The notes beneath the pieces were generated by a model that made no database searches, was not told the origin of the DNA, and was given only the letters and a program-made list of their open reading frames with translations. Source: Nitrososphaerota archaeon (lineage in GTDB: Archaea > Thermoproteota > Nitrososphaeria > PSMU01). From it: DNA of 64,000 nt. Location of the stretch: the NCBI GenBank assembly GCA_040290255.1, contig PSMU01000001.1, positions 128,001 to 192,000 of the forward strand, given 5' to 3'. Positions 18,643 through 28,605 of this stretch are shown piece after piece. Every line of letters starts with the position of its first letter. Position 1 is the first letter of the stretch. The translations under genes and the position numbers were made by a program.

Positions 18643-19809
18643 TTAAGATATTTCTTTACCCTTTAAACTTCGAGCGGCTTCATAGAAGCGCCTATCGAAC
18701 TCAAGGGTCGTCTCAAATAACGTCCATAAGGCCTGCGTATCAAGATAGTGCCTAGCGATGGGTGACAGGAGCGAGTAGCCGAATCCGCCGAAGATCTGAA
18801 CGGCGCTATCGGTCGTGGTTGCCGCCAGCTCAAGGGCCGTCCTAAGCGCGGCGCCCTCTTGAACCATAAGGCAAGCGGCGCCCTCCACATGTTTTGTTTG
18901 ATCTTTGTTTTTAGCTACCTGCTCACAGAGATAGAAGGCCAACGCATCGACTATTTGGTAGCCCTTCACCATTCCGGCTAGGTGCCTCTTAACTAAGGCA
19001 TGCTCTATAATCGGCTTGCCCCATTGCACCCTTTCTTGAGCCCTCTCAAGGCTACTGAGCATCGTCTCCTTAATGACTCCGGCCAGCGCACCCACCAACC
19101 AAGCTACGGACAAAACCGTGATAATCCTAGGCAGATTCCCTTGCGCGGCTCCGGTAGCCACGTTCTCCTTAGGTAAGCCCCGTAGACTAGCCTTGACTAT
19201 CGCGAGATCCGTGCTTAGTAAGCCCATGCGGCTTTCCATCCTATCCAAGACCTCAACCTGCTCTTTGTCCAACACGAAGACAGCCCACCTGTCCTCGCTT
19301 CTATCGCGCGCTAGGACCACGAAGGCATAGGCGTCCACCGCATTGAAGATCGGTTGTGGAGCTATTTCGAGGTCGGTTCCTCGATCATCATGCCCATAGA
19401 CAGCCGAGGCAAAGGGCGGGCCCACATAGGCCAAGAGGGATTCACTGCCGCCTCGCCGGAGCGCTCTTTGCAACGATTCCTCCCCTCCCCTTGACCTTGA
19501 GATCACGAGTGAAGCCTGCAAGGAATGTGAGAGAAGTAGCAGAACGGGGGAAAGTCCTATCTTGGCTAACCGGGCCGCTGTGCGTGTCATGAGCTTTATA
19601 TTCGCTAACTCTTCTCCCAAGCCGATCTCCTTGTGCAAATTGTAGAGCCCGGCTTTATACAGCCCGTCCTTTACCTGACGGCTCGGCCCCCTTGGGCGTG
19701 ATATATAGTGCTCGTATTCCATGGGCGCCAGCTCATCAGCGGTCCTTTCTACGAGATTCAGAAGCTCCGCCTCTTTAGGCGTTTCTGTAATTTCCAAGAA
19801 GCCGGCCAT
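18643..19809 (-). CDS. Acyl-CoA dehydrogenase-like protein (divergent N-half)
   Basis: 'ERVQWGKPI', 'AVQIFGGFGYS..PIARHYLD'. Confidence 0.75.
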   Translation of the reverse strand: MAGFLEITETPKEAELLNLVERTADELAPMEYEHYISRPRGPSRQVKDGLYKAGLYNLHKEIGLGEELANIKLMTRTAARLAKIGLSPVLLLLSHSLQASLVISRSRGGEESLQRALRRGGSESLLAYVGPPFASAVYGHDDRGTDLEIAPQPIFNAVDAYAFVVLARDRSEDRWAVFVLDKEQVEVLDRMESRMGLLSTDLAIVKASLRGLPKENVATGAAQGNLPRIITVLSVAWLVGALAGVIKETMLSSLERAQERVQWGKPIIEHALVKRHLAGMVKGYQIVDALAFYLCEQVAKNKDQTKHVEGAACLMVQEGAALRTALELAATTTDSAVQIFGGFGYSLLSPIARHYLDTQALWTLFETTLEFDRRFYEAARSLKGKEIS

Positions 19810-19860
19810 AGGGGCAAAACGGTGGCTGGCTTAATAGGTTAGCAGTTATAGGGCTAGGTC

Positions 19861-20862
19861 ATGGAGGTGCTCTGGCACACAGCTGAAGCGGAGAGGCTAA
19901 TAGGCATAGCGATGCGCCGCTGCTATACATCTAAGCCCCTTCAAGAAATTATGGAGGAAGTATCTGCAGAGTATGGTGCGTACTTAACCTGCTCAGCTTA
20001 TCAAAGGATGGAGTTCGATGTCTACGAGCACGTTAGAATAAGCGGGCTGATGACTGCTTCGCCCGAAGAGCTGCTGTCCTTGCTTTTGAGGTTCCGCTAC
20101 CTTGATGTGACGCGATTAGACCGAGAAACCTGGCTCGTTTCCTTCAATCTTAGGACAGCCCTGGAGGCTATGTTGGCAGGCGTAAATGGGTTTAGCGAGG
20201 TAGTCCAGAGCGTAGCACCCAACCTTCATAAGGCCGTGGGAGGTCATCCCCTCCCCCCTCGTCCCGCAGGGCTGGAAACAAAGCAACGGGCGGGAACGGA
20301 GGCGGGCGTGCAGATGAAGGTAGAAGTCATACAGGCCTTAACCCCCCATATCCTAAATGATGCCCTTCGCTCGCACGGCTATAGGCAGATAGACTCCAAA
20401 CAGGAACTTGCCAAGCATTGCTTTGTGACATTGAGCATTGAGGGCATCTCCAGGGTCTGCTCGCACCAACTCGTAAGGCATAGGCCCGTATCATTTAGCC
20501 AAGAATCACAGCGATTTTCCGCTGCCGTTGAAGAGGACTTCGTGGTTCCGGATAGCATTGCCGCCAACACCACGGCTCGAGAGGTGGCGCTGACGCTATT
20601 TGCGCATGCCCGGCAATGCTACGCAAAGCTAAGGGAATTGGGCATAAAGAAGGAAGATGCACGCTTCGTGCTGCCGATGGCTATATCTACAAAATTGATG
20701 ATGACCGTGCAGAGCAGATACTTGAACCACATACTGTTCTACAGGAGCAGTGCGAGCAGCGTGGGATTGAAGGCACAGTGGGAGATAAGGAGGCTTAGCG
20801 ATAAGATACTCACGCTCGTCAGCGAGCTAATGCCAGATCTATTCTCAGAGCTGACCCCCTAG
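19861..20862 (+). CDS. thyX: FAD-dependent thymidylate synthase, long form
   Basis: 'GISRVCSHQLVRHRPVSFSQESQR', 'EDARFVLP', 'AQWEIR'. Confidence 0.9.
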   Translation: MEVLWHTAEAERLIGIAMRRCYTSKPLQEIMEEVSAEYGAYLTCSAYQRMEFDVYEHVRISGLMTASPEELLSLLLRFRYLDVTRLDRETWLVSFNLRTALEAMLAGVNGFSEVVQSVAPNLHKAVGGHPLPPRPAGLETKQRAGTEAGVQMKVEVIQALTPHILNDALRSHGYRQIDSKQELAKHCFVTLSIEGISRVCSHQLVRHRPVSFSQESQRFSAAVEEDFVVPDSIAANTTAREVALTLFAHARQCYAKLRELGIKKEDARFVLPMAISTKLMMTVQSRYLNHILFYRSSASSVGLKAQWEIRRLSDKILTLVSELMPDLFSELTP

Positions 20863-20884
20863 CGCCTGCTGTAGCTTCTGTCGC

Positions 20885-21103
20885 CTAAGCCTGCGCCTTC
20901 TTCATTAGCCACTCGATGTATTCCGCCATGACCCGCTTGCGCCTCTCCTTAGCGTCCAACTCCACTTGCTCCTTCTTCCTCTCCCTGATATCCTGTAGCT
21001 CCTCCCTAGTTATGAAGAGGCCGCAGTTCCTGCAGATGAGGTGCTTGGTGCTCGGCTCATAGAACAGGGCAGAGTTGCACTCCGGGCAGACCCTACTGCT
21101 CAC
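20885..21103 (-). CDS. Small Zn-ribbon protein
   Basis: 'CPECN..LFYE..CRNCG' followed by a charged helix ending 'EYIEW'; GTG start inferred. Confidence 0.75.
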   Translation of the reverse strand: MSSRVCPECNSALFYEPSTKHLICRNCGLFITREELQDIRERKKEQVELDAKERRKRVMAEYIEWLMKKAQA

Positions 21104-21184
21104 GCCGGCGCCGAGAGGGCACATAGATTTATATGCTTCTATCAACATCTGGTTTTTAAAGCCCCAGCTGGGTGCTGTAAGGCC

Positions 21185-22075
21185 TTGCCATGGGCTGTTG
21201 CCTCTGGGCCTGCCTCTTACGATCTAGCTAAGAAAATCTGCTCCGGCCTTGATGCTGAATGGGTAGACGTTCAATGGCGCACCTTCCCTGACGGGGAAAA
21301 CCTGCTCAGGCTTACCTCCAGCGTCCTAGGCAAGAAAGTCCTGCTCGTACAGTCCACCTACCCTCCCGTTGATACTCACTATATGCAATTATTTCTTTTG
21401 GCGAGCAAGCTCTCGGAGGCCGGGGCCGAGGTCTTTTGCATAATGCCTTACATGGGCTATGCCCGACAGGATAGGGAATTTATGGAGGGCGAGGTGGTCA
21501 GCATAGGGGTCCTAGGCAGGCTCCTCAAGTATACAGGCGTAAAGAGGTTGGTTACCGTCGACATTCACAGTCCGAGGGCTCTGGCCCAGATTCCCTTAGA
21601 AGCCTACAGCCTTTCGGCCATTCCGTTGTTGGCAGAGTACGCGAAAACACAACTAAAGCTAAGGAACCCGCTGGCCGTGGCCCCCGATCAAGGCGCTGCA
21701 ACAAGGGTGCAGGCCTTCTCGGCTTTGTATGGCTGTGAATGGCACGTACTGACAAAGAGGCGGGATAGGGTGACGGGCGAAGTAGAGGTAACCGCAGCAG
21801 GACTCGAGAAGGTCGCGGTGGAGGGCCGAGACATCCTGCTCATCGATGACATATTGAGCACGGGCTCCAGCCTCCTAAAGGCTGGCTCGCTTTTCTATAG
21901 CCTTGGGGCTGCAGGAGTAAGGGCCCTATGTGTCCACCCCTTGCTCGTCGGCGGTGCCTTAGAAAAGCTGAAGGCCGCAAGGATCGACGTCATAGGGACA
22001 AATACGGTCCCCAGCCCCGTGAGTTATGTTGATGTCTCACCCTTAATCATCAGCTACTTCTCACATGGAGCCTGA
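21185..22075 (+). CDS. prs: Ribose-phosphate pyrophosphokinase
   Basis: 'FPDGE', 'PYMGYARQD', 'APDQGA', 'IDDILSTGSS'. Confidence 0.93.
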   Translation: MPWAVASGPASYDLAKKICSGLDAEWVDVQWRTFPDGENLLRLTSSVLGKKVLLVQSTYPPVDTHYMQLFLLASKLSEAGAEVFCIMPYMGYARQDREFMEGEVVSIGVLGRLLKYTGVKRLVTVDIHSPRALAQIPLEAYSLSAIPLLAEYAKTQLKLRNPLAVAPDQGAATRVQAFSALYGCEWHVLTKRRDRVTGEVEVTAAGLEKVAVEGRDILLIDDILSTGSSLLKAGSLFYSLGAAGVRALCVHPLLVGGALEKLKAARIDVIGTNTVPSPVSYVDVSPLIISYFSHGA

Positions 22076-23072
22076 GGAGCGCTTCTTTGTATATTTGGCT
22101 GGGGATGTCCCAGAAGCGGGGGCTGCCGAGCTTAGGTCGCTCTTAGCGGGCCAAGAGGGGGTGGAGATCAAGCCCCTGACGGACAGGCTCTTCTTGATTA
22201 AAGGGGCTCTCGATATCGCTACGCTTTGGCATAGAATGGCACTCATCAAGTGGGCGGGAAGGATACACGCCGAGCTTCCCGGCCTAGAGCCAGAGAGCTT
22301 AAGACAAGTGGCCTGGGAAAGGATAGTAACATCTAAGGAGGTGCTGATAGCCCTCCACGGATTTCAAGGGCAAGTTAAGAGCCCTATTGAAGAGCTAATC
22401 CTTTCGGCTATAAAAGAGAGGGGCAACGCCGCGCTTCTCCGCCCGTCTCGGGCGGAGCAGGTCATTCATCTCTTCCGAACGCCAAGCTCGTACTACGTAG
22501 GAACCTCGGGGCGCCCCCCTCGACGGCGCTGGCTCGATAGAAGGCCAAGGGCTAGGCCCTTCTTTCATCCCGTAGCTCTTCATCCCCGCCTGGCAAGGCT
22601 CATGGTAAATCTCGCCGGGCCTTTAGGGAATGCAGTGCTCCTAGATCCATTTTGCGGTACAGGCTCAATACTCATAGAAGCCGCCATCCTTGGCCTGCGG
22701 GCATTGGGGTCCGATCTTAGCTTAAGGATGTGCAAGGGCGCCTTATTAAATGCCAGGCATGCGGGCCTCACGGACATCGACATCATACAGGCCGACGCCA
22801 GGAACATGCCCCTGCGAGAGGTGGGGGCCATCGTCACCGACCTACCCTATGGCCGCGCCTCTTCTCTTCATCATATAAAGGCCGAGGAACTCATAGGCGC
22901 GTTCCTAACGGAGGCGGGGCGTTTACTTGTAGGGGGAAGTAGTATGGTCCTGCTCTATTCCCATGACCTAGAGAGGTATGTGCGTTCAGGTGAATTCTTA
23001 AGGGTCCAAAGATTTAGGATACCTGTACATAGAAGGTTAACCAGAATTCTCGCCGTTCTTAAGAAGTCGTGA
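22065..23072 (+). CDS. trm11: tRNA (guanine10-N2)-methyltransferase
   Basis: 'RPFFHP..LHPRLARLMVNL', 'LDPFCGTGS', 'TDLPYG'. Confidence 0.85.
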   Translation: MEPEERFFVYLAGDVPEAGAAELRSLLAGQEGVEIKPLTDRLFLIKGALDIATLWHRMALIKWAGRIHAELPGLEPESLRQVAWERIVTSKEVLIALHGFQGQVKSPIEELILSAIKERGNAALLRPSRAEQVIHLFRTPSSYYVGTSGRPPRRRWLDRRPRARPFFHPVALHPRLARLMVNLAGPLGNAVLLDPFCGTGSILIEAAILGLRALGSDLSLRMCKGALLNARHAGLTDIDIIQADARNMPLREVGAIVTDLPYGRASSLHHIKAEELIGAFLTEAGRLLVGGSSMVLLYSHDLERYVRSGEFLRVQRFRIPVHRRLTRILAVLKKS

Positions 23073-23104
23073 TGGCTTATATCATGGCGGGCCTGGCGTA
23101 AACC

Positions 23105-24007
23105 ATGCGCATACACTTCCTAGGGGTCTCAGCGGCGGGCCCCATCGCCGACTCACATTATACCTCGCTTGCCCTACAGTATAAGGGCGAGGTTCTGCTG
23201 TTCGACTGCGGCGAAGGCACCCAGCGACAGCTGCTCAAGGCCGGTCTGGGTCTGCTTAGGGCAATGCGCATCTTTATTACACATATGCACGGCGATCATG
23301 TAGTAGGGCTACTGGGCATACTTCAATCGATGAGCCTGCTTAACAGGGAAAGGCCCCTTTACGTATACGGGCCTAGGGGCATAAGGAGCTTCATTGAAAC
23401 TAACTCACGCCTTCTGAAATTCAGTCCAACCTTCCCTCTTTACATACAGATAGTTCGAGAGGGGCTCGTAGCAGAGGGCCAGGATTACAGGGTGCTCGCA
23501 AAGCGGGCCCGCCACAGCATAGAGGCCTACTCGTATCTGTTTGAGGAGAAGCCGAGGCCTGGCACGTTTTATCCCGAAAGGGCTATGCAGCTAGGCGTGC
23601 CGAGGGGCCCCCTCTGGAAGGAGCTGCAGAGGGGCAGGGACGTCGTCATACAGGGAAGGGTGATAAGGGCAACGGAGGTGACAGGGCCACCTAGGCGGGG
23701 CAGGCGCGTAGGATATAGCGGCGATACGAGACCCTTCCCCTCATTGGCCAAGTTCTTCAGGGACGCCGACCTCCTTGCGATGGAAGCGACCTATAGCAGC
23801 GAACATAAGGATAGGGCTGTGGCCAACTATCACTCTACGGCCGAGGAGGCAGCTAGGTTAGCCTTGAGGGCAGGCGTAAAGCGGCTATACCTGATACACT
23901 TTAGCGCTCGATATGGCGATAGGGCAAAGTTGCTCGATGAAGCGCGGAGGATCTTCCCGGCGACTCACCTAGCCACAGAGCTGGCTACGGTGGAACTTCC
24001 TCCTTAG
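23105..24007 (+). CDS. rnz: Ribonuclease Z
   Basis: 'FDCGEGTQ', 'HMHGDH', exosite 'GVPRGP', 'SGDT', 'HFSARY'. Confidence 0.95.
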   Translation: MRIHFLGVSAAGPIADSHYTSLALQYKGEVLLFDCGEGTQRQLLKAGLGLLRAMRIFITHMHGDHVVGLLGILQSMSLLNRERPLYVYGPRGIRSFIETNSRLLKFSPTFPLYIQIVREGLVAEGQDYRVLAKRARHSIEAYSYLFEEKPRPGTFYPERAMQLGVPRGPLWKELQRGRDVVIQGRVIRATEVTGPPRRGRRVGYSGDTRPFPSLAKFFRDADLLAMEATYSSEHKDRAVANYHSTAEEAARLALRAGVKRLYLIHFSARYGDRAKLLDEARRIFPATHLATELATVELPP

Positions 24008-24804
24008 CGCCTCCATTCCTTACGGGCCAAGATGTTCGTGACGATATCGCGCAGCTCGCTCACCGACGCGTAGGGCTCGGCGATGGACTCAACCGACAGG
24101 TTACCCGCGAAGCCTAAGCCCAGCATCTGGCTTATGATGGTTCTCCATGGCACGACCCCCGCTCCTATCTTTAGATGATCATCCCTGAGACCGTTGGTAT
24201 CGGAGCAGTGGACGACGAGCACCCTGTTCGTCAATTTCTGAATAAAGTGGTCCAAAAAGCCCGCTATGTAGGCGTGCGCCACATCCAGAACTAATTGGGG
24301 GGCCTGCGCGGCGGTTTTATAAAACTCCAAGAACTCGTCAGGCGCTACGAAGGCCATATCCTTAATCGGAGGCATGTTCTCGATCCCCATTTTTATCCCC
24401 CTTGAAGAGGCATAGTCGAACAATTCGAAGAGGCCCTCGATCAAGGCCTCCTTCACGCCTTCCTTTGTTCCTCCAGGATGTACCACAATATAGGAAGCCT
24501 CTATCTCCGAGGCCGCGTCGATGCTCTCCTTAATGCGCCTAATGCTGGCGAGCCTGCGCCCCGCCTCGAGCGAGGAGAGGTCTACTTCCCTAAAAGGAGC
24601 ATGTATGCTGAACTTGTAGCCTATAGCCGCCAAATCCTTTATGAGTTTGGTTCTTGCCCTGCTGAGCTTATGCGCTCCCTCGTCCACTAGCTCCCAGAAG
24701 GCAGGGCGGCCCTGAGGGTTATCGCTCGCAACCTCAGCCGGCACACTCTCGAAGTTAGCTCCGTTCATATAGAGGTATAAGGTTGAAAGCCCCACCTGCA
24801 GCAC
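24004..24804 (-). CDS. Sugar-phosphate isomerase/epimerase (AP endonuclease 2 TIM barrel)
   Basis: 'HAPF', 'VVHPG', 'IENM', 'LDVAHA', 'DDHL..G.G'. Confidence 0.8.
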   Translation of the reverse strand: MLQVGLSTLYLYMNGANFESVPAEVASDNPQGRPAFWELVDEGAHKLSRARTKLIKDLAAIGYKFSIHAPFREVDLSSLEAGRRLASIRRIKESIDAASEIEASYIVVHPGGTKEGVKEALIEGLFELFDYASSRGIKMGIENMPPIKDMAFVAPDEFLEFYKTAAQAPQLVLDVAHAYIAGFLDHFIQKLTNRVLVVHCSDTNGLRDDHLKIGAGVVPWRTIISQMLGLGFAGNLSVESIAEPYASVSELRDIVTNILARKEWRR

Positions 24805-24862
24805 GTACTTGATACGACCATGGCGCTTATTTCTCTTTCCGGTTAGAGCGGAATATGCCTGA

Positions 24863-25261
24863 CTAGGCGGTCAGCTCCTCTATAATCTTCTTGATGTCCC
24901 CTTCATAGATCAGGGTAAGCTTTATCGGCCCTAGCGGCGATTCGTTCTCTACCTCACAGGGCACAAGCCGTCCCGCGTAGGCGGCTTGCTTGTTAAGGTA
25001 GACCCAAGTGGCGCCCTCGTTAACGTGCTCGCTTAGCAGCCTGCGAAGGGCCGCCCTTATCCTTTGCGTCCTCGCTTCAAACTTTAGCCTCTGAAGGCAG
25101 GCGTTTCCCTTACAGGTTGCCCTGATAGTCCTTTCGCCTAGGTTAATTTCGACGGTGGTCGAGCCGAAGACGTTCTGCAGGGCCCTGGCCACCTTCTCCC
25201 TGCTTTCTGATTCATATACCTCTGCTTCGGCCAGCACTAGGAGCCCCTCAGAACCAGCCAT
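24863..25261 (-). CDS. UPF0201/DUF54 RNA-binding family protein
   Basis: 'ESREKVARAL.N', 'LNKQAAYAG', 'SPLGPI'. Confidence 0.85.
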   Translation of the reverse strand: MAGSEGLLVLAEAEVYESESREKVARALQNVFGSTTVEINLGERTIRATCKGNACLQRLKFEARTQRIRAALRRLLSEHVNEGATWVYLNKQAAYAGRLVPCEVENESPLGPIKLTLIYEGDIKKIIEELTA

Positions 25262-25820
25262 GACCCTTTAGCCAGACGATTATCTTTTCCTTGGCCGTTC
25301 TTTTAAAGTCTTCTATAAGCATGCCCTCTTCATTTACTATGACAAGGTCTGCCAGCGCGATGGCCTTACAGAGCCCCGCCGCCAGCTCCCTTTCATCCCT
25401 TCTGCTGAGTTCCTCCGGCAGCTTCGGGTCGTCGCTCCGACCCCGCTTGGAGAGCAGGGCGAAACGCCTAGAAGGGGCTGCATGAACAGCGATTAGGAGA
25501 ACCTCGCCCCGTTTCTTGAACTCTTCGACCTCCTCCATGCTTCTTATGCCATCCACGATGACACAACCCCTCAACTCCCTATTCTGCTCGAGGGCCAGTT
25601 GCGCTACGGCCCCGCCGCCATGAACCTGTCTGAGCTCATGAAAGAGCTTGCTGAGGTTCTCGTCCGTAGGTTCCAACCCCCTGCTCAGGGCAGCCTGTCT
25701 GACCACATCGCCTAACGTTATCCTTCTGAACCCCATATCCTCCAATGCCCTGGCCACCGTCGTCTTTCCCGCGCCAGGCATGCCCGTGATGCATAGAAAG
25801 AGCATTCTGCCCTGCGCCAC
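25248..25820 (-). CDS. UPF0200 P-loop kinase (dephospho-CoA kinase-like)
   Basis: 'GMPGAGKTT', 'VDGIRS..E', 'RGRSDD..RDEREL'. Confidence 0.85.
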   Translation of the reverse strand: MAQGRMLFLCITGMPGAGKTTVARALEDMGFRRITLGDVVRQAALSRGLEPTDENLSKLFHELRQVHGGGAVAQLALEQNRELRGCVIVDGIRSMEEVEEFKKRGEVLLIAVHAAPSRRFALLSKRGRSDDPKLPEELSRRDERELAAGLCKAIALADLVIVNEEGMLIEDFKRTAKEKIIVWLKGHGWF

Positions 25821-25883
25821 TTCTATTCCCCTCTAAACGACAGCTTAAAAATTGCTTTAGAGAGGCAAGGACTTAGTCGGGAC

Positions 25884-26438
25884 ATGGTGAGGGCCTTCCT
25901 AGCCGTCGAAGCCAGCGAGGGCGTAGATGCCGATAAGCTGACAGAATTGTATAGGAGGCTGGGTGAAGTGGGACAGCTTAAGTTCGTTAAGAAGGAGCAG
26001 CTCCACTTCACGATAAAGTTCTTCGGCGACATCCCACCGGCGACGATCGAGACAATCAGGGGGCTGCTCTCCGGCTTGAGCATAGCCCGCTTTAGCATCA
26101 CGTTAAAGGGCATTGGCACGTTTCCTACGCCGCTCAGGCCACGGGTGATTTGGATAGGCGTAGATGAAGAGGGCCGGACTCCACTTATGGATCTAGCTAA
26201 AAGGGTCGGAAGTCTCTTGGCCGGCAAAGTGCCGTTTGATCCGAAGCCCTTCGAGCCACATCTAACGGTGGCCAGGGTAAAGAGCCTTAAAGATAGAGCC
26301 CGTTTTGAGTCCACCCTTGCAGATTTCAGGACGACGAAGTTTGGGAGCGTTGATGTGAAGGAGATCAAATTAAAGGAGAGTGTGCTCACTTCTCAAGGCC
26401 CCATTTATCACGATCTCTTCTCCTTGGGCTTGGAGTGA
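25884..26438 (+). CDS. thpR: RNA 2',3'-cyclic phosphodiesterase (2H phosphoesterase)
   Basis: Two HxT motifs ('HFT', 'HLT'), 'PRVIWIG', 'GPIY'. Confidence 0.92.
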   Translation: MVRAFLAVEASEGVDADKLTELYRRLGEVGQLKFVKKEQLHFTIKFFGDIPPATIETIRGLLSGLSIARFSITLKGIGTFPTPLRPRVIWIGVDEEGRTPLMDLAKRVGSLLAGKVPFDPKPFEPHLTVARVKSLKDRARFESTLADFRTTKFGSVDVKEIKLKESVLTSQGPIYHDLFSLGLE

Positions 26439-27820
26439 CGGGAATGTCTGAACAAGAGCTCGAGAGGGTCCTGGACGAGGCGAGACGTGGTCTCTCACCC
26501 ACAGAGCAGCAGGAACAGGAGCTCATGAAGCAGGCTACCGAGTTGATGAAGAGGGTAGAGGCAGAGGCCAAACGGCTGGGGGCAGAGGTAGAGCTAGGGG
26601 GCTCTTTGGCGAAAGGGACATGGCTGCCCGACGACGTTGACATCGACATCTTCGTCAAATTTCCCGCTGACCTAAGCGAAGATGAGCTGGAGAGAAGGGG
26701 GATAGAACTGGGCCTTAAGGCTCTGGGCGAGACGAACGCTAAATTGCGCTATGCAGAGCACCCCTATGTCGAGGGCGTTGTTAACGGTAAAAGGATTAAC
26801 ATTGTGCCCTGCTTCTCCGTTGAACCCGGAAAGTGGAGAACAATCGCTGACCGCTCGCCCTATCACGTTCGGTGGGTGAGAGAGAGGCTGAGTGAGCGCC
26901 AGAGGGAGGAGGTACGCCTGTTGAAGGCCTTCATGAAGAAGGCCAAGGTATATGGCGCGGAAATAGAGGTAGAGGGATTCAGCGGTTTCGTGTGCGAGCT
27001 TTTGATAATTCACCATCAGAACTTCACAAACCTGCTAAAGTTTCTGGCATCTTGGAGGCCCGGCGAGCCCTTGTCGCCTCAATTAGCCGGCGGGGACAAG
27101 AGGGAATCCATTTGGCTCCCGGACCCAGTTGACCCGGCCAGGAATTTAGGCAGGGCAATTTCCCTGAGGCAGATGGCCCGCGTTTGTCTGGCCAGCCGCG
27201 CCTTCTTGAGTAGCCCCAGCACGAGTTACTTTCTTTACAAGTCCCCCTCTAAAATCAGCCCCTACTACCTGCTGAACTCCCCCCTCATGACTCAGCTTCT
27301 GTTGGTGATCTTCAAACATAAAGTCAGGAGCGAGGACATTCTCTTCGGTCAATTGAAGAAGACCTTGAAACATCTTGTCAATCAACTTAAGCAGGCCGAG
27401 TTCTCGCCGTGGCACGCGCAGGCTATAAGTAACAAAAGCGATGAGAGCGGCTTCATATTCCTGTTGGAGCGAACACACCTTTCTCGCTATAAGCTCAAGC
27501 TGGGGCCCTTGACATTCGACCGCGAACATGCCGACGACTTCCTAAGACAGAACGCCGGGGAGGCGCTCATGTTGTGGATAGGCGAAGAGGGCCGCCTGAG
27601 GGCCGTCACGAAGAGAAAATTCGTATCGGCAGCGGAAGTATTGAAAGCCCTGATAACTCAAGGCTCCGGCGTAGCGGAGGGCCTTCGCGATGAGCTGGCC
27701 AAAGGACGGATCTATGAGGGTTTAGATATAGTGGAGGCCTTGGATAAACACGAATGGCTGCTCCCTCAGCTATCGGAATTCATCCGAGGGGATGTACCAC
27801 GGCTTCTTACCGCTGAGTAG
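26435..27820 (+). CDS. cca: CCA-adding enzyme (class I)
   Basis: 'GSLAKGTWL..DIDIF', 'YAEHPY', 'DRSPYH', 'GFSGFVCEL', 'DPVDPARN'. Confidence 0.95.
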   Translation: MTGMSEQELERVLDEARRGLSPTEQQEQELMKQATELMKRVEAEAKRLGAEVELGGSLAKGTWLPDDVDIDIFVKFPADLSEDELERRGIELGLKALGETNAKLRYAEHPYVEGVVNGKRINIVPCFSVEPGKWRTIADRSPYHVRWVRERLSERQREEVRLLKAFMKKAKVYGAEIEVEGFSGFVCELLIIHHQNFTNLLKFLASWRPGEPLSPQLAGGDKRESIWLPDPVDPARNLGRAISLRQMARVCLASRAFLSSPSTSYFLYKSPSKISPYYLLNSPLMTQLLLVIFKHKVRSEDILFGQLKKTLKHLVNQLKQAEFSPWHAQAISNKSDESGFIFLLERTHLSRYKLKLGPLTFDREHADDFLRQNAGEALMLWIGEEGRLRAVTKRKFVSAAEVLKALITQGSGVAEGLRDELAKGRIYEGLDIVEALDKHEWLLPQLSEFIRGDVPRLLTAE

Positions 27821-28601
27821 GATCGCGCAGGGGCGCGCCAGAATACTTCTCTGCTACCCACACTGTCATAGAAGCGATGAGGTCTTGGCCGAGCTCTCTA
27901 ACTTCAACGTGGAAGGGCTGTTGTTAGAGGGCCCTACACAGGCACACGGCTTCAACGTGCTCGGCAAGGGCCACAGCTCGGTCGTGGTAAAGGCCCTGTT
28001 ATCAGATGGTCGCCTGGCGGCCCTAAAGATCAGGAGGAGTGATTATAATGGTAAGGGCTTCGATTTTGAGGCAAGGGCCCTAAGTGCGGCGAACTCAAGG
28101 GACATAGGCCCCCGCTTCTACTGGCAGACCAAGAATGCCATAGCTATGGCATACGTGAGGGGAACGGGCCTAGTAGAGTTCCTCTCCTCCGCTTCTGGCG
28201 AGAGCATAGCGCTCGCCTTAAGGAGGCTCATCTCACAATGTTACGAGCTCGACCTCTTAGGGATATCCCATGGTCAGCTCTCGGACCCGCGGAGACATGT
28301 AATCATCTCGCCCGATGCGGCGCCCATCATCTTGGACTTCGGAAAGTCTCAACTGAACTCCTCCAAATCCAATGTAACGGCCATAGTCCAGGCCCTATTT
28401 TTAAGGAACCCTCTTCGTAGGTTGGTAACGGGGCGCTTGGGTGGGGTAGAGGTACAGGCCGTGCTCAAGAGCCTAAGGAGGTATAAGGCCGAGCGCTCAA
28501 GGGATGCCATCGAGGCCCTCCTGCGTAACATTAAGCTACAACCAGCGCAGGACCACTACGAGTCCGACCAGGTAAAAGTTAAAACGGGCGCGAGCCCCTG
28601 A
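27792..28601 (+). CDS. Archaeal Ser/Thr kinase-like protein (COG2112-type)
   Basis: 'LGKGHSSVV', 'ALKIRR', 'HGQL', 'ILDFG'. Confidence 0.8.
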   Translation: MYHGFLPLSRIAQGRARILLCYPHCHRSDEVLAELSNFNVEGLLLEGPTQAHGFNVLGKGHSSVVVKALLSDGRLAALKIRRSDYNGKGFDFEARALSAANSRDIGPRFYWQTKNAIAMAYVRGTGLVEFLSSASGESIALALRRLISQCYELDLLGISHGQLSDPRRHVIISPDAAPIILDFGKSQLNSSKSNVTAIVQALFLRNPLRRLVTGRLGGVEVQAVLKSLRRYKAERSRDAIEALLRNIKLQPAQDHYESDQVKVKTGASP

Positions 28602-28605
28602 GAGG

